Source of the DNA: a virus
IMG/VR virus record: IMGVR_UViG_3300029118_000005
Reading direction: 5' to 3' (one strand)
DNA length: 64,000 nt
In this document: positions 42,394 to 51,278 of the stretch, in pieces
Numbering within the stretch: position 1 is the stretch's first letter
Layout: every line of letters begins with the position of its first letter
Program-made: the position numbers and the translations under genes
Notes under the pieces: model-generated
Told to the model about the DNA's origin: nothing
Database searches by the model: none
The model's input: only the letters and a program-made list of their open reading frames with translations

Positions 42394-42720
42394 TCACAAC
42401 CAGCAGGCAAAACCCGCCTTCCGAAGGTACTTTTCTCTATCCATTCGGAAATCCCTTCGTGGCAGGTTCTTATTTATGCTTTCTAAGTATGCCTTACGAC
42501 AAGCGTCTGTCGTGAGTTTCTTTGATAGATAGTCGTAGCAAAGACCCCACCCATCAAAAAAAACATTGACACTTTCGAGAGCCGCTATAACCTCGGACTC
42601 TGTTTCTGCACCCTTGCTTGCGGCAATTATCTCGTCGCAAGTTTTGGTGTACTTGTCATGCTCTCGGTACTCCTCAAACACATTTACAGTAAAAGCATCT
42701 TCTCTCATAACAAACCTCAT
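42394..42720 (-). CDS. Hypothetical protein downstream of parA
   Basis: 108-aa ORF. Confidence 0.4.
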   Translation of the reverse strand: MRFVMREDAFTVNVFEEYREHDKYTKTCDEIIAASKGAETESEVIAALESVNVFFDGWGLCYDYLSKKLTTDACRKAYLESINKNLPRRDFRMDREKYLRKAGFACWL

Positions 42721-42818
42721 TTCTCCCCGTTTTGGCGATAGGACACCAGTTATTATTATTTGTTTTGCGTTGTGGCTATAACCACGTTTCCGCCAATAAA
42801 AGATATATTTAATATCCC

Positions 42819-43586
42819 TTATTGGCAGAATCTAAGTAGTTCTTTTGTGAACTGCATATAGTCAATGGCAGCGTTACACTTTGAATCAAATTTCATGAGA
42901 GTTGTTCTGGTTGCCTGTGCCTTTTGTACAGCAATGCTTTCACGAATAGTTGTGCAAAAAACCTTTGTGTTGAGCTGCTTGGCAATTTCTTCTAAAGAAT
43001 TTTTAACTTCCTGAGCGAGGAGTTGACGGCTCTTATATTTTACTAGTAAGAGTCCTGCAACCTCTAGGTTAGGATTATTTCTTTTCTTTACGCCTGTGAT
43101 GGTTCTGTTAAGTTCTGAGAGGCCTTGAATAGCATAACGGTCTGCAGTGACAGGAATGATGACTTTGTTAGAAGCAATTAAACAGTTTTTAAGCAATTTG
43201 TTGTCAGCCGGAGCTGTATCAATAATAACATAGTCATAGCCAGTTAATTCAGCAAGAGCATCTTTTAGTCTAAAATACTCGTTCCCGTCACTTGGGAATC
43301 TTTGATCTGCTGTTTTCAGCTCTGGATCGGATGCGACTATGTCACCGATTTCTGTTTTTTGAATAGCTTCCGCAATTGGAAGTGGATCTTCAATGTCTAA
43401 AATAACATCGTAGAGAGTTGCCGTATCTTTGGATACTGCTCTATAAGTATCAGTGCTGTTACCCTGCGGATCAGCGTCAACCAGTAAGACCTTCTTGCCT
43501 TGCGACATTAAAATTGACGCAAGTGTAGTGGCTGTTGTGGTTTTTGCAATGCCGCCTTTTTGATTTGCAATGCATATTACTTTCAT
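42819..43586 (-). CDS. parA: ParA/Soj-family partition ATPase
   Basis: Deviant Walker A (IANQKGGIAKTTT) and LLVDADPQGN. 255 aa with AAGGAGG RBS. Confidence 0.85.
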   Translation of the reverse strand: MKVICIANQKGGIAKTTTATTLASILMSQGKKVLLVDADPQGNSTDTYRAVSKDTATLYDVILDIEDPLPIAEAIQKTEIGDIVASDPELKTADQRFPSDGNEYFRLKDALAELTGYDYVIIDTAPADNKLLKNCLIASNKVIIPVTADRYAIQGLSELNRTITGVKKRNNPNLEVAGLLLVKYKSRQLLAQEVKNSLEEIAKQLNTKVFCTTIRESIAVQKAQATRTTLMKFDSKCNAAIDYMQFTKELLRFCQ

Positions 43587-43600
43587 TGTGAAACCTCCTT

Positions 43601-43672
43601 TGTGATTACATTATTCTACATTATTTTACAATTCTTAACCCAATTTGACATTTCTTTACAGTAAAATAATGT
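43601..43672. repeat. Junction motif copy E: 10-bp-phased TTTACA-type array upstream of parA
   Basis: tgtgattaca|ttattctaca|ttattttaca|attcttaacc|caatttgaca|tttctttaca|gtaaaataatg. Collinear with copy A. Confidence 0.8.
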
Positions 43673-43701
43673 TTTTTCCTTTCTCAGTTATAGCATACAT
43701 T

Positions 43702-43738
43702 GTTAGAACTAAAAAGTCAATAGTTAGAACTAAAAAGT
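43702..43738. repeat. Two 16-bp direct repeats GTTAGAACTAAAAAGT (21-bp period)
   Basis: Read directly from the sequence, between motif copies E and F. Confidence 0.85.
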
Positions 43739-43766
43739 TATAAAAAATATCTTTAAGGTTATACGT

Positions 43767-43795
43767 GTGACATTTCTTTACAGTAAAATAATGTT
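43767..43795. repeat. Junction motif copy F (GTGACATTTCTTTACAGTAAAATAATGTT)
   Basis: 28 of 29 nt identical to 43648-43676 in copy E. Confidence 0.8.
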
Positions 43796-43805
43796 AAAAA
43801 ATGTT

Positions 43806-43840
43806 GTAAAAATCCCCTAGCATCATAAATACCAGGGGAC
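43806..43840 (-). terminator. Putative terminator after 43844..44041
   Basis: Minus-strand RNA reads GUCCCCUGG-loop-CUAGGGGAU followed by UUUUACAACAUUUUUU. Confidence 0.5.
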
Positions 43841-43843
43841 TAT

Positions 43844-44041
43844 TTATAGTTGGTTGATTTTTGATTTTATATCGGCAATCCTGCGATCAACCGTCCTAGT
43901 CGACACAGATAACCGGGTTGCTATTTCGCTGATAGATTTGCCTTTAGATAACATATCAAATGTTATCTCTTCATCGTCCGTGAAATTACTTCTAAGTTTG
44001 TAATCATCAAGCTTAGACTGGGTAAGTTTGTGTAATTTCAC
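43844..44041 (-). CDS. Small HTH protein (sigma-70 region-4 / LuxR-like)
   Basis: GKSISEIATRLSVSTRTVDRRIADIKSKI. Confidence 0.55.
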   Translation of the reverse strand: MKLHKLTQSKLDDYKLRSNFTDDEEITFDMLSKGKSISEIATRLSVSTRTVDRRIADIKSKINQL

Positions 44042-44049
44042 GGATCACA

Positions 44050-45993
44050 TCATGACTCCTTGATTGTTAGCTCTTTAGAATCAGTTCTTTTGAGAACAAT
44101 AAGCTGCCTGTCTATATCTGGTATTTTCCAGCCATCAACAGACTCCGAGTCATCTACGATGATAGGAAGGGTAGTAGCGTATTTCTTCTGAAAAGCCTTA
44201 CAAACATCTGTCTCGATTAAGATTTTTGCACCGTGATTAAGGTTTCTAGCGTATGGTTCACCGTTTACACAGAAATCACACGTTTCTTCTAGGTCGCCAT
44301 TCACAAGCTGCCTGAAAAATTTTACTTGGCAGTACTCTAAATACTCGTTTACTTTACTTTCCAGAAGCTCATGCTTGCGGATATTGAAGCGTTTCAGCAA
44401 GTCGAGTTGTGCCTGTGTATCTGCAATTAGCTGCTCATTCTTTCGGCGCTCGATGTTAAGCTCTGCAACTCTTGCGTCAATCTTGACATTGATTTCGGTT
44501 TTTGCAAGCTCTGCTTTTAAGCCTGATAACTGATGCTGAAGATTATTTTCTTCTGCCTTGAGCTGTGCAAACGTTGCATTTGCAGTATTTGCTTCTAACT
44601 GGCTTTCAAGCTTTACGATTTCTGCAGATCTGGTTTTTGCTGTCTCGTCTGGCTCTGCTGGAGGTGCAGTGGATATAACTTTTTTCTGAGCAACTAAATC
44701 ATCGACAACTCTTGACTTTTTATTGGATTCTTCACGAAGGGTAGAAAGCTCTGCATCTGCAGCATTGAACTTTTCGCGTAAAGCATCAATAGCTTCTTTA
44801 CATTTCATTCCATCGTCTGTGATTTCCTGCAACTTTTCTTCCTTTGATTCTTCAAAATGCTTTCGCATTTCATCCTGCTGATCAGATGGGTATTCACGCT
44901 TGCAATACGGGCAAATCAGCAAATTTTCATCAAATTGCATATCTTTATTGCTTTTCCAGTCACTTGAAAGCTTCAAACGCTTAGTTTCAAGATCCCGAAT
45001 CTCGGAGTCAATCTGGTGCAATTCATGCTCTTTGGCATTTAAACTACTGTTGGATAGGAAAAGTTCTTCCCTTGCTGCCATAATCTGAGCATCTAAATCG
45101 GCAATTCTTTTCCTGTTTTCGGCATTAGCGTCATCAGTGGCTTTTAATTGCTCCTGCTTCAACTTATAAATTTGTGCCTGAATTGTACGTTGCTCATCAA
45201 ATGCCTTCTGCACATCAGCTTGTTTACTCTGGTTATCTTTCAGTCTGCTTTCAATATCTGTAATCTGGCTGTTTATCAAGGCTTCATCAATGACAATTTT
45301 CTGCTTTTCCACCTCATCAATGCGGCTTGGAAACTCTTTGCGAATATCAAGCAGTCCTTTAGTGCCATTCCTTCCGCGTCTGCCATTCAGCATAGTGTTG
45401 AATTTTGACTTCAATTCATCAACACTGCCATCATCCAACAATGGGAGAAGAGGGGAGAACTCTGGAAAACGTTCACAAACCTCTGCATTGGAACACGTTC
45501 CAAAGGTGGATTCCAAGATTGATCTGCAGTCGGCGGCACTCTTTGACAAGAGCGTTTTGGCGTTGATCAAGTTAGAAAGTTCGCTCACAGGAACCAATTT
45601 TTCTGCAATAAAATCTTCATAGTCACACTTCTTTTTAGGGATATTATTGATATAATAGTCAATAACATTACCCGTGAAGTCACCCTTTTTATTGTAGTTC
45701 TGACGAGAGACCTTTTTAAATGTCTTGCTGGAACCGTTAAGCTCTACGGTCATCTCGACTGTAACCTCAATATCGTTAATCTCGTTACCTGATTTATCAT
45801 GTGGCCTGATTCCGGTAATTTCTTCGCCGTTCTCACCCCTACAATTCAGTACCCAAAAAATAGCCCTCTTAACTGTGCTTTTTCCAGATTCATTACATCC
45901 AGATACCTCTGTCTTATTGTATAAATCTGTGTCTACAGTTTTCCCATTGTAAAAGCTGCAAAAATTATCTAACTTCAAATGCTTAATTCTCAT
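44050..45993 (-). CDS. Rad50/SbcC-like SMC-family ATPase with CxxC zinc hook
   Basis: Likely start is ATG 45993 (MRIKHLKLDNF). Walker A is GCNESGKST. A long coiled coil carries a central CPYC, and Walker B is LPIIVDDSES. Confidence 0.7.
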   Translation of the reverse strand: MRIKHLKLDNFCSFYNGKTVDTDLYNKTEVSGCNESGKSTVKRAIFWVLNCRGENGEEITGIRPHDKSGNEINDIEVTVEMTVELNGSSKTFKKVSRQNYNKKGDFTGNVIDYYINNIPKKKCDYEDFIAEKLVPVSELSNLINAKTLLSKSAADCRSILESTFGTCSNAEVCERFPEFSPLLPLLDDGSVDELKSKFNTMLNGRRGRNGTKGLLDIRKEFPSRIDEVEKQKIVIDEALINSQITDIESRLKDNQSKQADVQKAFDEQRTIQAQIYKLKQEQLKATDDANAENRKRIADLDAQIMAAREELFLSNSSLNAKEHELHQIDSEIRDLETKRLKLSSDWKSNKDMQFDENLLICPYCKREYPSDQQDEMRKHFEESKEEKLQEITDDGMKCKEAIDALREKFNAADAELSTLREESNKKSRVVDDLVAQKKVISTAPPAEPDETAKTRSAEIVKLESQLEANTANATFAQLKAEENNLQHQLSGLKAELAKTEINVKIDARVAELNIERRKNEQLIADTQAQLDLLKRFNIRKHELLESKVNEYLEYCQVKFFRQLVNGDLEETCDFCVNGEPYARNLNHGAKILIETDVCKAFQKKYATTLPIIVDDSESVDGWKIPDIDRQLIVLKRTDSKELTIKES

Positions 45994-46116
45994 CGTTTCC
46001 CCTCTTTCCTTCGTCATCGGTTTCATTTGCGCTTGATGCAGCACACAAAGCAACTGCAAGCACACCAGTAATTCCGCCGAATAATAGTCCTGCTATTAAA
46101 CCAATTAAAAAATCCA
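45982..46116 (-). CDS. Small TM protein (44 aa)
   Basis: MDFLIGLIAGLLFGGITGVLAVALCAASSANETDDEGKRGNDEN. The end overlaps the ATPase start. Below the ORF-track cutoff. Confidence 0.3.
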
Positions 46117-46118
46117 TA

Positions 46119-46526
46119 TTATTCGCCCTTTCCGCTTACAGAATCTATCTCAAATGAGAATCCGGTTCTATCTTCAAGCTCTTTCATAAAACGTTCAATG
46201 TCTCCGTTGTATTCTTTTGAGAATTTGTCAACATAGTCCATTGTTTTCTGCATTCGTTTGGCGATTGCCTCAGCCTTCCAATTAGGACAAGTATCTGCCA
46301 AGGCAAGTCCAAATGATGTTAATATGATACTGTATATGTTGTCCACAGCGTCTTTATTTGCTTTTTGGTAGTATTTGTCATAAAGCTTGCGATCAACGTC
46401 TCGTGCAATATTTTCTTTTAACAAAGCGATTCTTACACTTTCTTCCACGCCTGTGATTCGCTGTTCTACGACTTTGTTTCCTTTTTTTGCTTCTCTTTCA
46501 GCCCGTCTCCTTTGTGCTCGTGTCAT
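46119..46526 (-). CDS. Hypothetical protein
   Basis: 135-aa ORF. Confidence 0.4.
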   Translation of the reverse strand: MTRAQRRRAEREAKKGNKVVEQRITGVEESVRIALLKENIARDVDRKLYDKYYQKANKDAVDNIYSIILTSFGLALADTCPNWKAEAIAKRMQKTMDYVDKFSKEYNGDIERFMKELEDRTGFSFEIDSVSGKGE

Positions 46527-46540
46527 CTGCGCACTCCTTC

Positions 46541-47068
46541 CTATATACTTATTTCAAACTCTGGCAAGCAAGGTTGCTTGCCAGTTGAGCTGATTCCTTG
46601 AATCTTTTGAATTTCTTTTTGCTTCGTCAAAACTGTTGCATACGTTCTTAAAAAGTTACTCTGGACCACCGTTTCGAGATCTGTTTGTTCTGTTTTGGCC
46701 CATTTTTCTAAGTTGCCAGGGCTTCCAACGGCTCTTTGAACGCATGATGGCAGTTTTTCAAATTCCTCTTCTGCATGATATGTACTATTGGAAGCAGCAG
46801 CGCGAACCATAGCCCATGCTTCCAAACCTGTTGGAATTTCTGGTTGGTTTAATAATGCTATTTTTTCAACAATTTGTCCTATTGTCGGGGCGAATCCTTT
46901 ACTCTCTGTGAGAATATAGGCTCTCAGTGCTGCATCAACCTGTGAATATGTGTAGTCTGATAGCAGCCTAGCCCAGATTTGAGCAGTAGCATCAATATCT
47001 GCGACTTTATAATTTGGATATGCTACAGTCATCACTAGCATTATTTTTTTTGCGTCATTCTCAGTCAT
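46541..47068 (-). CDS. Replicative helicase loader/inhibitor (SPP1 G39P-like)
   Basis: The N-terminus KKIMLVMTVAYPNYKV....TAQIWARLLSDYTYSQVDAALRAY fits the G39P family pattern. Confidence 0.5.
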   Translation of the reverse strand: MTENDAKKIMLVMTVAYPNYKVADIDATAQIWARLLSDYTYSQVDAALRAYILTESKGFAPTIGQIVEKIALLNQPEIPTGLEAWAMVRAAASNSTYHAEEEFEKLPSCVQRAVGSPGNLEKWAKTEQTDLETVVQSNFLRTYATVLTKQKEIQKIQGISSTGKQPCLPEFEISI

Positions 47069-47525
47069 TGTATATGCTGCCTAAAATGGCATCGAACTGT
47101 GAGCGCTGTGGATTTTGCAGCTTTCTTTCAAATGCTTTTTCTGCTCTTAATGGAAAAATGCCTATCCAACAGTTATCGGTGGACTGATTAAGCAACTGAA
47201 TCTTTAAATTCTTGTCTCCGTGAGATAGGGATTCAAGCTTAATCATTGCTCTTTCAAGAGCTTTTGAAGTCAGTGGTTTCTTTATCTTTGTTCTCATCGA
47301 AGCATAGTCACTTAATGCCTCGTCAAGTTCTGGATCATCTGAGTACTTTCCAGATGCTTTTGCAGTAACAGTCAGTGCCTTTGCATCAGTGTATAATTCC
47401 TGCATGGTTCTTGCCGCTTCTTCATAGCCTAGTCCGTGCAATGCTTTAATCGTATTTATTACGTTTTCTTCATACGGCTTGCTTTTGACTTTTGCTATCA
47501 ATTCTTTCTTTGTCATTTTCTCCAT
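47061..47525 (-). CDS. Possible replisome organizer (DnaD-like C-terminal motif)
   Basis: The segment KKPLTSKALERAMIKLESL...LLNQSTDNCWIGIFPL, plus position upstream of the loader gene. Confidence 0.35.
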   Translation of the reverse strand: MEKMTKKELIAKVKSKPYEENVINTIKALHGLGYEEAARTMQELYTDAKALTVTAKASGKYSDDPELDEALSDYASMRTKIKKPLTSKALERAMIKLESLSHGDKNLKIQLLNQSTDNCWIGIFPLRAEKAFERKLQNPQRSQFDAILGSIYND

Positions 47526-48252
47526 TCCTTTCTAATTCGTTAAATGCCAGATAGCACATAATTCCGCAATCCTGCATTATTTCATCACTCATTCTTCCTC
47601 TGTTCGGGTCCAATTCGTCCAGGAATACACCATTGATGCAACTGTGTCCGATGTCTCGTTCAAGCTTCGCACGTGCTGCAAACACCTCTGGAAAATCTTT
47701 TCTGATCTTGTTCCAATAGCCCATGCCGCCTTTTACGCAGCCAATACAGTTATTGTTATTGTAGCCCATATCGTACATTACAGGGCGCTTTATACCCAAA
47801 CGATCAGCAAAAGCATGGCAATCTTGCTTAGACATTTTCTCCCTAATAAGCGGAAATTTATGCTTAAATTCAGGAAAATTTTGTACCATTTGCCTAGCTC
47901 TATGTTTTTCATTCGAGTCCATTCCCCATACATACGTTAATTGGTATTGTAAGTGCTCATTTTCCCGCTTTTTGCGAACTGCTTTCTTTAACATTCCTGT
48001 ACAAGGTGCTCCTTGCTTAGAATTTATAAACCTGAATTTTCTGGCTACATCTTCCACACAGTTAAACTTGGAAGATTTTAAAATTGTTACTTTCTTTCCA
48101 ATGATTTTTTCTACATCATGTATAAATCTCAGACTGTCTGGGTGCTGATCAGCGATATCTATATATATCCATTCGTCAGCATCCTTTTCCAAATATCCAG
48201 CAACAAAACTAGAGATTCCTGCTGATAACCAGCACACTTTGTATTTTTGCAT
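47470..48252 (-). CDS. PAPS reductase / PP-loop ATPase family protein
   Basis: N-terminal PP-loop-like motif (VCWLSAGISS) and overall family pattern. 260 aa. Confidence 0.55.
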   Translation of the reverse strand: MQKYKVCWLSAGISSFVAGYLEKDADEWIYIDIADQHPDSLRFIHDVEKIIGKKVTILKSSKFNCVEDVARKFRFINSKQGAPCTGMLKKAVRKKRENEHLQYQLTYVWGMDSNEKHRARQMVQNFPEFKHKFPLIREKMSKQDCHAFADRLGIKRPVMYDMGYNNNNCIGCVKGGMGYWNKIRKDFPEVFAARAKLERDIGHSCINGVFLDELDPNRGRMSDEIMQDCGIMCYLAFNELERNGENDKERIDSKSQKQAV

Positions 48253-48410
48253 AACACCACGCTACAAATGCATGTATCGTGGATCATAATTCGTTTGCTA
48301 TCAATTGCGTGTGCAGCGTTTCCACTGCACACCTTTTCAGCCACGGTGTTTAAATTTTCTGATACGCCACCACAAGTCACTGCGCACCAACCTGGTTTAC
48401 CAGGCATTCG

Positions 48411-48644
48411 TTATTCCTTTCCTTCTATATTTGTAATTAGGGCATCTGTTGATTCAACAAATACCGCGTCATCTGAAACAACAACTTTATTTTTGCAATA
48501 AGGGCACATTACACATTTGTTGTAGTAATTTCTGTGTCCACAGGAGAGTATTTTGTTAAAAAACACATCATTTTCCTCATAGCTCAAATTTCTATCACAT
48601 TCAGGGCAAGTTATTACGTTTTCTACTTCAATAATTCTGACCAT
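48411..48644 (-). CDS. Zinc-ribbon protein
   Basis: CPECD ... CPYCKN in 77 aa. Confidence 0.4.
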   Translation of the reverse strand: MVRIIEVENVITCPECDRNLSYEENDVFFNKILSCGHRNYYNKCVMCPYCKNKVVVSDDAVFVESTDALITNIEGKE

Positions 48645-49282
48645 CTGTCTCCTTCCGCAAGTGCCCTTCTCTGGCGGTAAACCTTTGATTCTATTATTCT
48701 TTCAATAAAATCTCTGTCGCCAAAAATCATAATGATTTGAGTTAACATTATAATAACATCAGCAGTTCTCTCAAGAATATCTGTTCTCGCTTTTACCAGG
48801 TCTGCGGCAGACGTTGGATTTACATTTTCACCCTCCAAATGGCGATGTTTAAGCAGTGCTTTTGTCAGCTCGCTCAGTTCTTTAATTGTCTGGTCGATTT
48901 GTTTATCTGCTCCGTAAGTATCAATGCATTCCTGTAGTACTTCTGGATATGCAGTTGTTGGCAATCCTGTTGTTTCGTATATTTTTAAGCGTTCTCGGCT
49001 TTCTGCCATTCCAACAAGTGCCATATAAAAAGCGGCGATAAAACTATCAATATCTTCCTCTGGCTTAAATTGCAAATCGTCATACATTTTGTCACTAAAT
49101 GCTTCATCATTCATCGTTGATGCCTCAGAATCGCCGTATGCTTTGTTAAGATTCCGTGCAAGCTCCATAAGTGGAATTTCACGTTCAAAATCCCTGTACC
49201 ATACATCACCATCTTTTATAAATACGCAATTGTGCATCAATGCTATGAAGTTTGACGGATTATCAAAAATTGTTTTAACCAT
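48623..49282 (-). CDS. Protein with C-terminal MazG-like domain
   Basis: IKELSELTKALLKHRH... and ERTADVIIMLTQI resemble MazG helices. Confidence 0.35.
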   Translation of the reverse strand: MVKTIFDNPSNFIALMHNCVFIKDGDVWYRDFEREIPLMELARNLNKAYGDSEASTMNDEAFSDKMYDDLQFKPEEDIDSFIAAFYMALVGMAESRERLKIYETTGLPTTAYPEVLQECIDTYGADKQIDQTIKELSELTKALLKHRHLEGENVNPTSAADLVKARTDILERTADVIIMLTQIIMIFGDRDFIERIIESKVYRQRRALAEGDRWSELLK

Positions 49283-49286
49283 ATTT

Positions 49287-49994
49287 TTACACCTCTCTAG
49301 CCTTAATTAGTTTTCCTGCCAAGTCGTAATCGTATCCAGAATTTTCTTCTTTTCTGTTCATGTAGTCGCAGAACTCCTGGCATTCTTCTTTTGTTGTGAA
49401 GAATGTATGCCACAAGTTTTCTTCTAATTCTTTGAAATCTTTGTTGTGATCCACTATTGTATCTGTACTACGACCATCTGTGTCGAAATACCCATCTGAG
49501 ATTGCTTTGTACCAGCCTATAATCTTTCCACTAGTATCGCTAAGCATATATAGCAGATTTTCTTTCGGCTGATATATTTTCTTGCGTTCTCCGCATTTGC
49601 AATCATCGTCTACCACGTTTCCAGATGGTAATGTCACTTTGACTTTTCTATACTTATCGCACTTGTCGCATTTCTTTTTGTACTGGTAGCTCCAATTTGC
49701 TGACCACATAACAGCCTTAAATTGTTCCATTAACTCTTTCAGCCTAGCTCGTCCAGCTTTGGCTCCAGCCTTTTTCGCTGCGCTTTTGTACTCTGCTTTC
49801 TTTCTCTCGTAATCTTCCTTTATGGATTCAAAATTCTCCTTGATCTCCTGCAATTTTTTGTTTTCCTCACGCAGCTTTTCAAGTTCGTCCTTAACTTCCT
49901 TTTTTACAGATTCCCGAAGCTCGTTTTTAAGTTCTTCGATTTTTGCGTCAAACTCGCTCGGCCCGAAATAATCTTCGTCATCCATGTAATACAT
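49287..49994 (-). CDS. Coiled-coil protein with Cys cluster
   Basis: Likely start is ATG 49994 (MYYMDDEDYF). Contains the motif CDKCDKYRK...DDCKCGERKK. Confidence 0.4.
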   Translation of the reverse strand: MYYMDDEDYFGPSEFDAKIEELKNELRESVKKEVKDELEKLREENKKLQEIKENFESIKEDYERKKAEYKSAAKKAGAKAGRARLKELMEQFKAVMWSANWSYQYKKKCDKCDKYRKVKVTLPSGNVVDDDCKCGERKKIYQPKENLLYMLSDTSGKIIGWYKAISDGYFDTDGRSTDTIVDHNKDFKELEENLWHTFFTTKEECQEFCDYMNRKEENSGYDYDLAGKLIKAREV

Positions 49995-49998
49995 ATTA

Positions 49999-50493
49999 TC
50001 ATTCCTTTCGTTTTTGCAAAGCAGCAGTTGATTCAACAACTTCAAATTTGATTGGTAAAAAAGCTGTAAATCTCGATTTCATCCAAGGTTTTTCTTTGGA
50101 AGAAAACTCGTCACCATATTCTGAGCAGCATACAATGTTTCCGATGGTATACTTGAAATGGTGTGAATCAAAATAATCCTCATTTTCTGGAGCTTCTTTT
50201 AGTACTTTTGTATTGTATGTTTTACAGTTGAGTACACTTAGAAGCACATCACTTGCTACATCGTACATAAATAACAATGTGCCGTCGTTAATGCTGCTAC
50301 TCATTGTGTAGTAGTTAAAATCAGCATCATCGTCATAGTACACTTCACTAATGAGGTTTCCGCTTTTTGTCTTTAATTCATAGATTTTATTGCCACTATC
50401 TTTTTTAATTATTTCATATATATCCATCTCATACATTGAATCAAATTTGCAATCAGGTAGTCTCTGCTTGATGTATTCAATTGATTTTCCCAT
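49999..50493 (-). CDS. Hypothetical protein
   Basis: Likely start is ATG 50493 (MGKSIEYIKQ) with GGGAGGA RBS. Confidence 0.4.
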   Translation of the reverse strand: MGKSIEYIKQRLPDCKFDSMYEMDIYEIIKKDSGNKIYELKTKSGNLISEVYYDDDADFNYYTMSSSINDGTLLFMYDVASDVLLSVLNCKTYNTKVLKEAPENEDYFDSHHFKYTIGNIVCCSEYGDEFSSKEKPWMKSRFTAFLPIKFEVVESTAALQKRKE

Positions 50494-50860
50494 TCTCAAT
50501 GTCCTCCCAGTCAATCTTCTGCCCACAATCTGAGCAATATGGTGATTTCCTTGCAATACTTATGCCACTCCATACTGTCTTTCCGCAGCACGGGCATTCC
50601 CACAACTCGCAGTGGCTTTCTATCCATGCGTGCGGTTGATCACCTCTATTTTCATGGACGACAGACTTGCGAATTACTTTAACTGGTGGCTGCGGAAGCC
50701 GCTTCTTTAAGCATTCTACTGCTGTTTCGTAAGCAGTTTTTTCTCTTCCAATCCTCAAACTTGTCTGCATATCGCAGTTACAAACTCGATGCTTCATGCA
50801 TTCCAATTCATGGTTAAAATAATCAATAGACTCCTTGACATGATCATTGCACTTATTCAT
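50477..50860 (-). CDS. Zinc-ribbon protein ending in CxxCGQKIDW motif (paralog family)
   Basis: C-terminus CPCCGKTV...YCSDCGQKIDWEDIENG. Confidence 0.45.
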   Translation of the reverse strand: MNKCNDHVKESIDYFNHELECMKHRVCNCDMQTSLRIGREKTAYETAVECLKKRLPQPPVKVIRKSVVHENRGDQPHAWIESHCELWECPCCGKTVWSGISIARKSPYCSDCGQKIDWEDIENGKIN

Positions 50861-51269
50861 CTTTTAAATATTTTCTCCTTTCTTCTTGATCCGGAATGTC
50901 GGCAAAACGATATGTGGAAAAAGTATTTGCATCCATTGCTGTCCAACTGCTTCTACCCAAACTAAAAACAGTTACAAGATTGCCTTGTGCTGCGGCAAAG
51001 TGAGCTTTGATCCAGTGACCATTCATAGAATCTCTTACTAAAATTTTAGTATCTACAGGAACCTTGTTCCAATCAATCTTTCCTGGCTCGCAAGAACTTT
51101 CAGCCCAATGTATAAAGGCTTCATCACAAGAATATTTTGTATGAGCGAATTTGCAATGCCTGCATTCTTTGTGGCACTCGAGTATTTGCTCATTTATCAG
51201 AGCCGGATGTATTCCTGTTTTGAATAGAATTTGCATTATTTCTTCTGAATACTTTTCTCTATTTGTCAT
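50853..51269 (-). CDS. Hypothetical protein
   Basis: 138-aa ORF. Confidence 0.4.
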   Translation of the reverse strand: MTNREKYSEEIMQILFKTGIHPALINEQILECHKECRHCKFAHTKYSCDEAFIHWAESSCEPGKIDWNKVPVDTKILVRDSMNGHWIKAHFAAAQGNLVTVFSLGRSSWTAMDANTFSTYRFADIPDQEERRKYLKDE

Positions 51270-51278
51270 GCTATCTCC

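Noticed and set aside
48159-48407. 82-aa ORF between 48411..48644 and the PAPS-reductase-like gene
   Set aside because: It overlaps the PP-loop N-terminus of the reductase out of frame by 94 nt, and I recognise no motif. Possibly only its first ~50 codons are real, or the 158-nt gap is a leader.
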